NCBI GenBank assembly: GCA_039586795.1
Contig: JBDHJS010000015.1
Span: 1 to 64,000 of the forward strand
Direction of reading: 5' to 3'
Length of the DNA stretch: 64,000 nt
Origin: Gemmatimonadota bacterium
GTDB taxonomy: Bacteria > Gemmatimonadota > Gemmatimonadetes > Palauibacterales > KS3-K002
Made by a program: the position numbers and the translations under genes. How positions within the stretch are numbered: the stretch's first letter is position 1; every line of letters begins with the position of its first letter. Shown here one piece after another: positions 18,522 to 26,337 of this stretch. The notes beneath the pieces are model-generated. The model was given only the letters and a program-made list of their open reading frames with translations. It did not search any database and was not told the origin of the DNA.

Positions 18522-19568
18522 ATGTTTCGCACGTGCATCTTCTGCAATCACGATCTTGGATCGAACCAGACCGTGGAAAATTTTCCCGTCGGCCGGCGCC
18601 TCGCTTTCGACCAGGACAAGGGGCGACTCTGGGTGATCTGCGAGCGGTGCCGACGCTGGAACCTGTCGCCACTGGAAGAGCGCTGGGAAGCGATCGAGGA
18701 GTGCGAGAAGAAGTATTTCGACACGCCGAACAGCTTCTCCACCGACCATATCGGGATGGCGATGCTCCCGGAAGGTGTGCAGTTGGTGCGCATCGGGAAT
18801 CCGAAGCGCCGGGAATTCGCCGCTTGGAGATATGGCCGCCAGTTCTGGCGCCGCAGAGTGGCGAGCGCCATGTCCGCCGGTGTGCAGATCGTGCTTGGCG
18901 TTGGGGCGGCGATCCTCGGAGCGAACATCCTGCCTGTGATCATTGGTATCGCACGAAACCGGGTGGTAACCCGTGTGCGTGACGACGACGACAATCGACT
19001 CATCATCACCCCAAAGGAAGCCGGCACGGTCCTGTTCTACAGATCCGATGGTGCAGATGGCTGGTCGCTGGAAGTGCCGTACCGGCCCCGCGAACGGCAA
19101 TTTCTCTGGCTGAAGCAAGGCGCCGGCAAGCGCCAGAGAGCCGTGCTGTCGGGTCCGACCGCCCTGCGCGCCGCTGGACGCATTCTCCCTCATGTGAACG
19201 AGTGGGGCGGCTCGGACGCCCAGGTGCGGCAGGCTGTGACGATGATCGAGGAGGCCCGCAGTCCGGAGCGCTTCTTCTCTCACATCGCGCCGGAAAAGGG
19301 AGAGGTTCGGGGCGAAGGCGCGATTTTCGAGAAGGATGTTTCCGTACTCAGGAAACTAGATCCGAACGTTAGACTCGCGCTGGAGATGGCGGCCCATGAG
19401 AACAGCGAGCAGCGTGCCTTGGAAGGTGAGCTGTCCGTGCTGGAAGCGGCGTGGCGCGAGGCCGAAGAGGTTGCCTCGATCGCCGACCGGCTCCTCATTC
19501 CGGAACGGATCGAGGATCTGTTGCGGAAGTTCAAGCGCGAACAGGCGGTAGATTCCCGGAAGATCTGA
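18522..19568 (+). CDS. Uncharacterised Zn-ribbon family protein, copy 5 of 5
   Basis: MFRTCIFC...CERCRRWNLSPLEERWEAIEECE...RLALEMAAHENSEQR; starts 6 nt after the copy 4 stop, with a GGAGG RBS. Confidence 0.92.
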   Translation: MFRTCIFCNHDLGSNQTVENFPVGRRLAFDQDKGRLWVICERCRRWNLSPLEERWEAIEECEKKYFDTPNSFSTDHIGMAMLPEGVQLVRIGNPKRREFAAWRYGRQFWRRRVASAMSAGVQIVLGVGAAILGANILPVIIGIARNRVVTRVRDDDDNRLIITPKEAGTVLFYRSDGADGWSLEVPYRPRERQFLWLKQGAGKRQRAVLSGPTALRAAGRILPHVNEWGGSDAQVRQAVTMIEEARSPERFFSHIAPEKGEVRGEGAIFEKDVSVLRKLDPNVRLALEMAAHENSEQRALEGELSVLEAAWREAEEVASIADRLLIPERIEDLLRKFKREQAVDSRKI

Positions 19569-19690
19569 CGCGGAACCTATTCGCCAGTTCCCGGTAAGAA
19601 GAGCAGACCCGCCGTTGTACTACCATTGTTCCCCGTCGTAACTCGCGCGTTACCCCCGCGCTAAGTGCCTTGCCAAACAAGAGTTTAGCG

Positions 19691-20110
19691 ATGCGGCATA
19701 TTCTGTGGCTGGGTCTCGTTGCCATGGTCCTCGGGGCTCCACGTTCCGGTAGCGCCCAGGACTCCGAGGCGCTGAACGAGCAGGTCTTGGTCGCCATGGT
19801 CCAGACGTACAACCAGGCGGTCGAGGCCAAGGACGAGGCCGTCCTGCGCGACGACCTCTACCGCGGTCCGATTCCCGGTGACAACCGGCGCTTCCTCCGC
19901 GCGCTGTTCACGCGTACCGAACAGCTGAGCGTGACATATGAACCACGGGGGCTCGAGTTCAAGGAGGATGGTGCCGTTGCCACCATCGAGTGCACGCTTT
20001 CCTTCCGGCATGCAAGAACCGGCGAGCAGAAGACGACGCGGTTTAGGTTGCGACTGATCTTCGAGCCCAGCGAGAATGGCTGGCGGTTGAAGAAGACCGA
20101 ACGAGGTTAG
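19691..20110 (+). CDS. Secreted hypothetical protein, possibly NTF2/SnoaL-like fold
   Basis: Signal peptide (GSA-QD); helix followed by beta strands ending ENGWRL. Confidence 0.65.
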   Translation: MRHILWLGLVAMVLGAPRSGSAQDSEALNEQVLVAMVQTYNQAVEAKDEAVLRDDLYRGPIPGDNRRFLRALFTRTEQLSVTYEPRGLEFKEDGAVATIECTLSFRHARTGEQKTTRFRLRLIFEPSENGWRLKKTERG

Positions 20111-20117
20111 CCGCAGA

Positions 20118-20870
20118 TCAGAACCAGATTCCCATCCTTAGTCCGCGAGAATCGAGCTCCGGACTCTCCGGTACAAAACGAGCCCTTCCTTGAGACATTC
20201 GCCAGGCGGTCCACGCCGCCGCGTAGGCGTCGAGTATGTCATCGCGCCTCACGTAGTCCATGGTGCCACACTCGAGGGCGCCACGGACATTCGGGAAGCT
20301 TCTTTCGAGCAACTCGAGCCGTTCCTTGATTCCTGCCGCCGTTCTCTTCGAGTGCTCGAGCGGAAGGTCTCCGTTCATTGCGGCAAAGCTGAGCTCCGGA
20401 TGGACTTCGCGGATTCTGAGTTGCAGTTCGGGATTCAGCGTGTCGTGCACTTCACGGAGCTTGGGTAACAGTTCGTAGACCTGCCGGCTGATGGCGATTT
20501 CGTGCTTCGAGCTGGCTCGGTTGACAGCCACAGCGCGCTCGTAGGTATCGGCGGAAAGCGTGGCGCGGACCGGTGGCGCAAAGACGCTGGTGCCTCTTCG
20601 CTTGCCTAGCATTCTTCGGGCTTCGCGATCGCAGGCACGGCCGCCGGGAACGGCAACGAGTGGCAAGCCGATAGGCATGTCGACGCCTATGTAGCGAGGC
20701 GACTCGGGTAGCTTAACGATGTGTGCGAAGCTGGGAACGACCCGGCACAGCTCGCTCGTCACACCGCTGTCTTCCTCCAACTCGAGGAGCACGACGACCC
20801 AACCGTTCCGGCAGCCGTCGACGCCAGCAACGTAGCGGACGCTCTCGGAGCTGGGTTGCGATGAAATCAC
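20118..20870 (-). CDS. DUF429 family protein (predicted RNase H-like nuclease)
   Basis: VAGVDGCRNGW, GVDMPIGLP, RACDREARR, EVHPELSF, DDILDA; GTG 20870 after GGAGG. Confidence 0.9.
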   Translation of the reverse strand: MISSQPSSESVRYVAGVDGCRNGWVVVLLELEEDSGVTSELCRVVPSFAHIVKLPESPRYIGVDMPIGLPLVAVPGGRACDREARRMLGKRRGTSVFAPPVRATLSADTYERAVAVNRASSKHEIAISRQVYELLPKLREVHDTLNPELQLRIREVHPELSFAAMNGDLPLEHSKRTAAGIKERLELLERSFPNVRGALECGTMDYVRRDDILDAYAAAWTAWRMSQGRARFVPESPELDSRGLRMGIWF

Positions 20871-21149
20871 GGGTCCCTCCTGCAACCAAGCGATGAAGCA
20901 AGTGGGTTGAGCCCGATTGGCAGCACGAATACGACAGCCGACAGGCTCGAGCGGACGGGGTACGTGGGTTTGACTGGCCCAAGCGGGGGGATACCGTGGC
21001 CCGTCGAAAGGCCACAACTCTAAGCTCGGCATGGCGTTCCCCAACGTCAAGACTTTGCTGTCTGGCCGTCTTGCACCATGATCGGGGAGGCGTTAACAGA
21101 AGGATATCGTGCGCGTTGGTTCGGAGGTGGTTCGGCAGAGGGGCGTATC

Positions 21150-21485
21150 ATGCTGCGCGAGGTTTGGAAGGAAGCGGACCTGGATGAACTCCTGGAGGCG
21201 GCTGTTGCGGTCGTCTTCAAGCACAGCCCGTATTGCGGCACATCGCGTTGGGCGCGGGAGGAGGTCCTCGAGTTCGTCGAGTCACACCCCGATACGCCCG
21301 TCTTCCAGATAGACGTCATCACGGCGCGCGAGTTATCGCAGGACCTGGCGCGTCGGCTGAATATCCCACACCAGTCGCCGCAAGCGATCGTGTTGCGATC
21401 AGGTGAGCCTGTGTGGAACGACTCTCACTCGCGCGTCCAGAAGGAGGCACTGGAGCGCGCCGTTGGGAAAGCGTCGGAAGAATGA
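21150..21485 (+). CDS. ytxJ: Bacillithiol system redox-active protein YtxJ (BrxC)-like monothiol redoxin
   Basis: FKHSPYCGTS and HQSPQAI...WNDSH motifs. Confidence 0.85.
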   Translation: MLREVWKEADLDELLEAAVAVVFKHSPYCGTSRWAREEVLEFVESHPDTPVFQIDVITARELSQDLARRLNIPHQSPQAIVLRSGEPVWNDSHSRVQKEALERAVGKASEE

Positions 21486-22291
21486 GCGATTTCCTTCGCA
21501 CGGTCCTCGGAGATACGGAGCTTTCGGTTCATCGCCTTGGGCTCTCGGCCTCCAACAGGCCGGGCAAGCAGACGGTCCACCGGGCACTTGATGCGGGGAT
21601 CAACTACTTCTTCGCCTATGGGTTCGATCGCCAGATGGTGACGACGCTCCGCGATCTGTCTCAGCGGGAGCGCGACAGGTATGTGATCGCGACCGGTGCC
21701 TACAACTATCTGATCGGCTACCAGAATCTGCGGCGCACGCTGGAGAAGCGACTTCGTCAGTTCCGCACCGACTACATCGATATCTTCTTGTTCCTTGGCG
21801 TGATGAAACCAAAGCAATTTCCAGAGAAGGCGCTTGAAGAGATGCATCGGTTGCGCGAGGAAGGGAAGGCGCGATTCATCGGGATGTCATGTCACGACCG
21901 CATCTTTGCCGGGCAGCTTGCCGAAAGCAACGCTCTCGATGTCTACATGATTCGCTATAACGCCGCCCACAGAGGAGCGGAAGAAGAGATCTTTCCATTC
22001 GTAGCACGACATAACGCGGGCGTCGTCAGCTACACGGCCACTCGCTGGGGCTATCTTCTGCGGCGTCCGAAGGGCTGGCCGGAAGATGGGCCCATCCCCA
22101 CGCCCGACCAGTGCTACCGCTTCGTGCTCTCCAATCCGCACGTCCATGTCTGCATGACCGCGCCCAGCAACGTCGAGCAGTTCGAGGCGAACCTCGAGGG
22201 CATTCAACGGGGTCCGCTGGACGACGACGAGATGAAGTTGATGCACGAGTTCGGAGACGCCGTGCACGGACAGGGGAAGTGGTTCATGTAG
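21482..22291 (+). CDS. Aldo/keto reductase
   Basis: ALDAGINYF, LRQFRTDYIDIF, GKARFIGMSCH, RYNAAHRGAE; ATGA overlap with ytxJ. Confidence 0.88.
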   Translation: MSDFLRTVLGDTELSVHRLGLSASNRPGKQTVHRALDAGINYFFAYGFDRQMVTTLRDLSQRERDRYVIATGAYNYLIGYQNLRRTLEKRLRQFRTDYIDIFLFLGVMKPKQFPEKALEEMHRLREEGKARFIGMSCHDRIFAGQLAESNALDVYMIRYNAAHRGAEEEIFPFVARHNAGVVSYTATRWGYLLRRPKGWPEDGPIPTPDQCYRFVLSNPHVHVCMTAPSNVEQFEANLEGIQRGPLDDDEMKLMHEFGDAVHGQGKWFM

Positions 22292-22308
22292 AAGCCAGCG
22301 CCTGCCGA

Positions 22309-24180
22309 CTAAGGTCGTGCTGACCAGCGCAGCTGACCGGTTGGGTCCGCAACGCGAACCAGGAACGCCCAACCGCCGTCCAGGTCGGCGATCTTGAGCA
22401 GCACGCGGTTCCAACCGGGTTGCAGAGTCACCGGAACCTCGATCTCATCAGCGACCGACACGTGGCGGCCTTGCCGCTCGGACGATCTCACTCCGTTCAC
22501 CCACAGTACGTGCGCATCGTCGGCGCCGAGCATCAGGATGGCCTGACGTTCGTCGGGCGAGTAGAGGAACGCCTGCGCGTATGCGACGACCCAATCGTTG
22601 GGGGTGAAGTGGCCGTTCAGTCGGACACGTCCATCGAGTCCGGCGGTCGCCCGTGTCCAGCGGACGGTGGCGCCGCCGAGGCCACTGTACGACGAGGCGA
22701 GCTGAGGGTTTGTCTCCGGTCCATAGACGCTGTCGATGGCGGGGCTGTACTCCGTGCCGAGGTGTTGTGGGTTGGCGAACGGGCCAACCACGTTCCACTC
22801 CCGCGCCCACCGCTGCAGCGGTCGCAGGTGAACCGCAGCCAGCCGCACGTCTGCATTGCCGCTCGCCTGGACGGTGATATGTCCGGCAGCGGCGACGGTA
22901 TCGATGACCGAGGCGGGAAGCGCAACATCGGCGTCGATTGAATGCAACGAGACGCGGCGTCGCGGACCGTTTTCGACGCGGAAGTCGACCGTACCGCGAT
23001 CAGGACCACCGATAGGGATGACTCGTACCTCGTAGACGTCAGGACGAACCACGGGGACTCTGGCCGCCAGGCCGTCACGGGTGAAGTCGGTGGCGATCGA
23101 GTCAGCCGGCACGGCACTGCTTGGGATCTTCACGCTCAGTGTGCGCCTCGCGTCGGGTGGCGGCAGCGGTGGGAGAGACGCATGGGGCTCGGTCTGGTAC
23201 CAGTAGGCCACCGTTGCATAGTCGGCGACTTCGTCGTTGGCATGGCCGTGCTCTAGCTCGATTCGAATGGAGTCTTGGAACGCGATAGGGTCCGGCACAT
23301 GCCAGCGATAGGCCGCGATACGCGCCAAGTCGTCATCCTTCACGACAACGCCGTGATAGGGAGCCGCGAACTCGCCTTGATCGAAGTACCAGCCTCCGTT
23401 GAAATAATCCTCCGTCCCCGTCCCCATCCCTCGGAACTCGCCGTCGATATAGATGATCTCATCGCCCTCGAGGAAACCGATATGGCCGGCGTGGGATTCG
23501 GTGTTCATCGATAGGCCGACGAAGTACCCGCTTCCCTTCGCATCGATGATGAGGTGAGGCTCGGGGCTAGTCGTTCGCGGGTCCCGATGCCACCAGGCGT
23601 GGAAGGTAGCGACGTCGTTCGGTAGATCATCTACCTGGACCAAATCTATATTGTAGTAGAAGGCGTCGATCGTCCGACCTGTACCGTTCTCCACCACGAT
23701 GCGCGCCCGGTTCTTGAACGGCATCGGCAGATAAACATAGAAGCCACCACTCGAGACTCCCATCGGCAAAGCCACATAATGCCGCTTGTCGAATCCGTTG
23801 CCGAAGAAATCACCCAGCGGCGCTGACACCGACGGTTCTGACTCTCCGTCCCAATACATCTTGAGAGCGATTCGCCGCAGGTAGTGAGGGTCGCGGCTGA
23901 AGACGGTGATCCAGATGTGCCGGATGATGCCGGGTCCCTCAATGTCGAGCAGCACGGCGGAGTCGCCTTCGGCGACCTCGAGGCGATCGACGTTACCGCC
24001 GGTCGTGTCGTACGAGGAAATGTGCAGAAAGCTCTCGTTGCTGGGCGTGAGAAGGTGGTCAAAAGGTCCATCGAGCGGCCGATCGTCAGCTGGCTGAAGG
24101 CACGCTGCCAACAGGGTCGCGGCGAGTACCGTGTAGGCGGCCCGGGCTGATAGGGGATTTGATACGGTGAGGCGATGCAT
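22309..24180 (-). CDS. DUF2961 (GH172-like) lipoprotein with C-terminal beta-sandwich extension
   Basis: Lipobox LAAC, SSYDTTGGN.D, GPGIIRHIW, PLGDFFG, EGDE, GTGTEDYFNGGW, AYWYQ; tail WNVVGPF...GWNRVLLKI. Confidence 0.88.
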   Translation of the reverse strand: MHRLTVSNPLSARAAYTVLAATLLAACLQPADDRPLDGPFDHLLTPSNESFLHISSYDTTGGNVDRLEVAEGDSAVLLDIEGPGIIRHIWITVFSRDPHYLRRIALKMYWDGESEPSVSAPLGDFFGNGFDKRHYVALPMGVSSGGFYVYLPMPFKNRARIVVENGTGRTIDAFYYNIDLVQVDDLPNDVATFHAWWHRDPRTTSPEPHLIIDAKGSGYFVGLSMNTESHAGHIGFLEGDEIIYIDGEFRGMGTGTEDYFNGGWYFDQGEFAAPYHGVVVKDDDLARIAAYRWHVPDPIAFQDSIRIELEHGHANDEVADYATVAYWYQTEPHASLPPLPPPDARRTLSVKIPSSAVPADSIATDFTRDGLAARVPVVRPDVYEVRVIPIGGPDRGTVDFRVENGPRRRVSLHSIDADVALPASVIDTVAAAGHITVQASGNADVRLAAVHLRPLQRWAREWNVVGPFANPQHLGTEYSPAIDSVYGPETNPQLASSYSGLGGATVRWTRATAGLDGRVRLNGHFTPNDWVVAYAQAFLYSPDERQAILMLGADDAHVLWVNGVRSSERQGRHVSVADEIEVPVTLQPGWNRVLLKIADLDGGWAFLVRVADPTGQLRWSARP

Positions 24181-24392
24181 GGCGCATACTCCAGTGGTGA
24201 CGCGAATCTGAGCGGCCCGGGGCACTCTGCAATAGACGCGACCATCCCGCGCCGGACAAGCGGAAGGCGGAACTTCTGCCCGCCGTGGGGTACAACGATA
24301 CCCTCCTACCGCACTGTCCCTGACCAATCCCTGGAGCGACCCCGCCGCCTCCGCCCACATAAGTATCAACGATTCCTGCACTTGGGAGCAAC

Positions 24393-24584
24393 ATGGACCT
24401 GTGTCAGCAGTGCGGCGCCGAAATCGACCCCGGACGTAAGTACTTGCATCTATGCGAGTCGTGCGGGTGGGAGAGCGACGCCGACGAGGCTTGTCTCATG
24501 TGTGGGGGCCGGGTGGAGCGGGACGAGGAGTGGTGGGAGGATGGCCTCTGCGACAACTGCGCTGAGGTCGTGGGTCGACCTTAA
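24393..24584 (+). CDS. Small acidic Cys-rich protein (4 x CxxC; probable double Zn ribbon)
   Basis: CQQC, CESC, CLMC and CDNC in 63 aa; GGGAG RBS. Confidence 0.7.
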   Translation: MDLCQQCGAEIDPGRKYLHLCESCGWESDADEACLMCGGRVERDEEWWEDGLCDNCAEVVGRP

Positions 24585-24664
24585 CAGCGCGAACAGTACC
24601 TGGACCGCATCCCCTGCCGGTCGCTGTACCCCTGTCCTGCCTCGCTTCGGTGAGGAGACGCGTC

Positions 24665-24931
24665 GTGGCTCGATATCCAGTAGTGACCTACCTGTTCTCG
24701 TTGATGTTGCCCACCGGCTTGATCATCACGCGGATGTTCTGTCCGGAATGCGGCGATCTTCATTACGAGCTTGAGCAAGGTGAGGAATGCCGGTGTTTCG
24801 GCTGTGGAGTGTTCCTGAGCGTTGAAGGCCTGGAGCTCGTGGCATCTGAGGTACCGATGATCTGTCCTGAAGAAGAGGAGCAGCGCGAGGACCCGGATCA
24901 TCCGAGTTTTTGGTACTACTCTGATAACTGA
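24665..24931 (+). CDS. Small Zn-ribbon protein
   Basis: CPECG...CFGCG and an acidic tail; GAGGAG 7 nt before GTG 24665. Confidence 0.65.
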   Translation: MARYPVVTYLFSLMLPTGLIITRMFCPECGDLHYELEQGEECRCFGCGVFLSVEGLELVASEVPMICPEEEEQREDPDHPSFWYYSDN

Positions 24932-24991
24932 CTGATCGGCGCGAGTCGCCGGCGAAGCTCGGCGGCGTGCCAATTCCGAAGGAGATCTCAC

Positions 24992-25621
24992 ATGCGTGCA
25001 TTGCTGCGATTCGTAATCATGGCGGTTCCGGTGGCTGCACTGCTTGGTTGCGGCGGTGGAACGAAGGTGATGGTCCCACCGCGTATCGATCTGGAGGAGC
25101 ATGAGGTGTTGGCGATCATCGAGATCGAATCCAACAACGAAGGCGAGCTTGGTCCGATGGCGACGCAGCGGTTCATAGAGATGATCCGACTCGATCAGGG
25201 CTTGGTTCCGATCGTTGAGTTGGGAACTGAAGATCAAGTGCTCGAAGATCTCAATGGCAGCCGGCTGAATCCGGCGACGTATAAGGCGCTGGGAGAGAAA
25301 TACGGAGTGGCAACCATCTTTGCCGGCGAACTGGAGGTGTCGGAAGTTCGACCTGTCATTTCGTTCACGGACTTCAAGAACATGGGTGCGGCGGCGGATG
25401 TCGATGCTACTCTTACCGTGCGCATGGTCGATACGGTGAGTGGTGCGTCGATCTGGTCCCGCTCTGGAAGTGTCACCAAGCGAGTAGGCCAGGTAGGGGT
25501 GTTCGGAGGAAAGGACATTGTGTTCGATGCTGAGGATCCGGATGGAGCCTACGGCGAACTGGTCGATGCCCTTGTCGATATGGTGACATACGAATTCAGA
25601 GTTTCTTGGGCGCGAAGGTGA
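24992..25621 (+). CDS. Lipoprotein with CsgG/FlgO-like alpha/beta fold (tentative)
   Basis: Lipobox LLGC, LGEKYGVATIFAGEL, TVRMVDTVSGASIWS; AAGGAG RBS. Confidence 0.75.
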   Translation: MRALLRFVIMAVPVAALLGCGGGTKVMVPPRIDLEEHEVLAIIEIESNNEGELGPMATQRFIEMIRLDQGLVPIVELGTEDQVLEDLNGSRLNPATYKALGEKYGVATIFAGELEVSEVRPVISFTDFKNMGAAADVDATLTVRMVDTVSGASIWSRSGSVTKRVGQVGVFGGKDIVFDAEDPDGAYGELVDALVDMVTYEFRVSWARR

Positions 25622-25628
25622 GGCGAGA

Positions 25629-26111
25629 GTGAAGAAGATAGTCTTGGTATTTCTCCTTTTTGGCGGCCTGGCGATGGCCGAGCCGCGAAGCCGTGAACGC
25701 GTGATTCAACTAAGCAGCCCCGTGAGCGATGCCCTCAGGACACGTTCTGCCCGTCGTGCGCTGAAGACGATCGCAGCGGATGTGGAGAAGTCAGCGGAAG
25801 AAGGGAAGTACCCGCAACCCGGTAGCTTCCCCGCATGGTTGCAGGTTGCCCAGCACAAAGCCGAAGATCCCTGGGGTTCCTACTACTATATAGAACTCGG
25901 CCCCGAATCGTTCACTGTCGGCTCGCCGGGCCCGGACGCCCGCCGCGCGACCGACGACGATCTGAGATGGACCGGCCGGCTCACACCGCAGCAACAGGCG
26001 GCGAGGACAGAACCGGGCGTGCTCGTCGTCGATCACCAGCCGGCGCCGCCGCCCTCATCGGCGGGTCGCTCGGCAAGAACGAAGGCGTCGGAGGCTGCGC
26101 AACGCCAATAG
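25629..26111 (+). CDS. Protein with type II secretion GspG-like C-terminal motif
   Basis: DPWGSYYY...VGSPGPDARRATDDDL resembles the pseudopilin GspG tail; hydrophobic N-terminus without GFTLxE. Confidence 0.65.
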   Translation: MKKIVLVFLLFGGLAMAEPRSRERVIQLSSPVSDALRTRSARRALKTIAADVEKSAEEGKYPQPGSFPAWLQVAQHKAEDPWGSYYYIELGPESFTVGSPGPDARRATDDDLRWTGRLTPQQQAARTEPGVLVVDHQPAPPPSSAGRSARTKASEAAQRQ

Positions 26112-26337
26112 CGCCCCGTCAGCCTTGACGTTAGCCGGGCCACCTACGTCTTAACTACCTGCACAATCCCGGAAAATTCTATCATCCGGCCACCTGGCCC
26201 CTGGTTGTAAGCACAGCTGTTGCAAGAGTTAGTTGATCGGGCCAGCTGGCCCGCCGCTTGCCCTGATTATCTGTCCACACCTACAAGCCGCCGCCGACCG
26301 ACTGTCGGGTTTGCGGACCAACCTGAGAGGTGAGGAC

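Noticed and set aside
9362..19568. Diversity-generating retroelement or shufflon explanation for the paralogs
   Set aside because: No reverse transcriptase or recombinase is in the window. The copies differ at many synonymous positions of all bases rather than adenine-specifically, and all lie on one strand.
20118..20870. DUF429 nuclease as part of a defence island with the Zn-ribbon family
   Set aside because: It is on the opposite strand, separated by another gene, and no recognisable defence or mobility genes are nearby.
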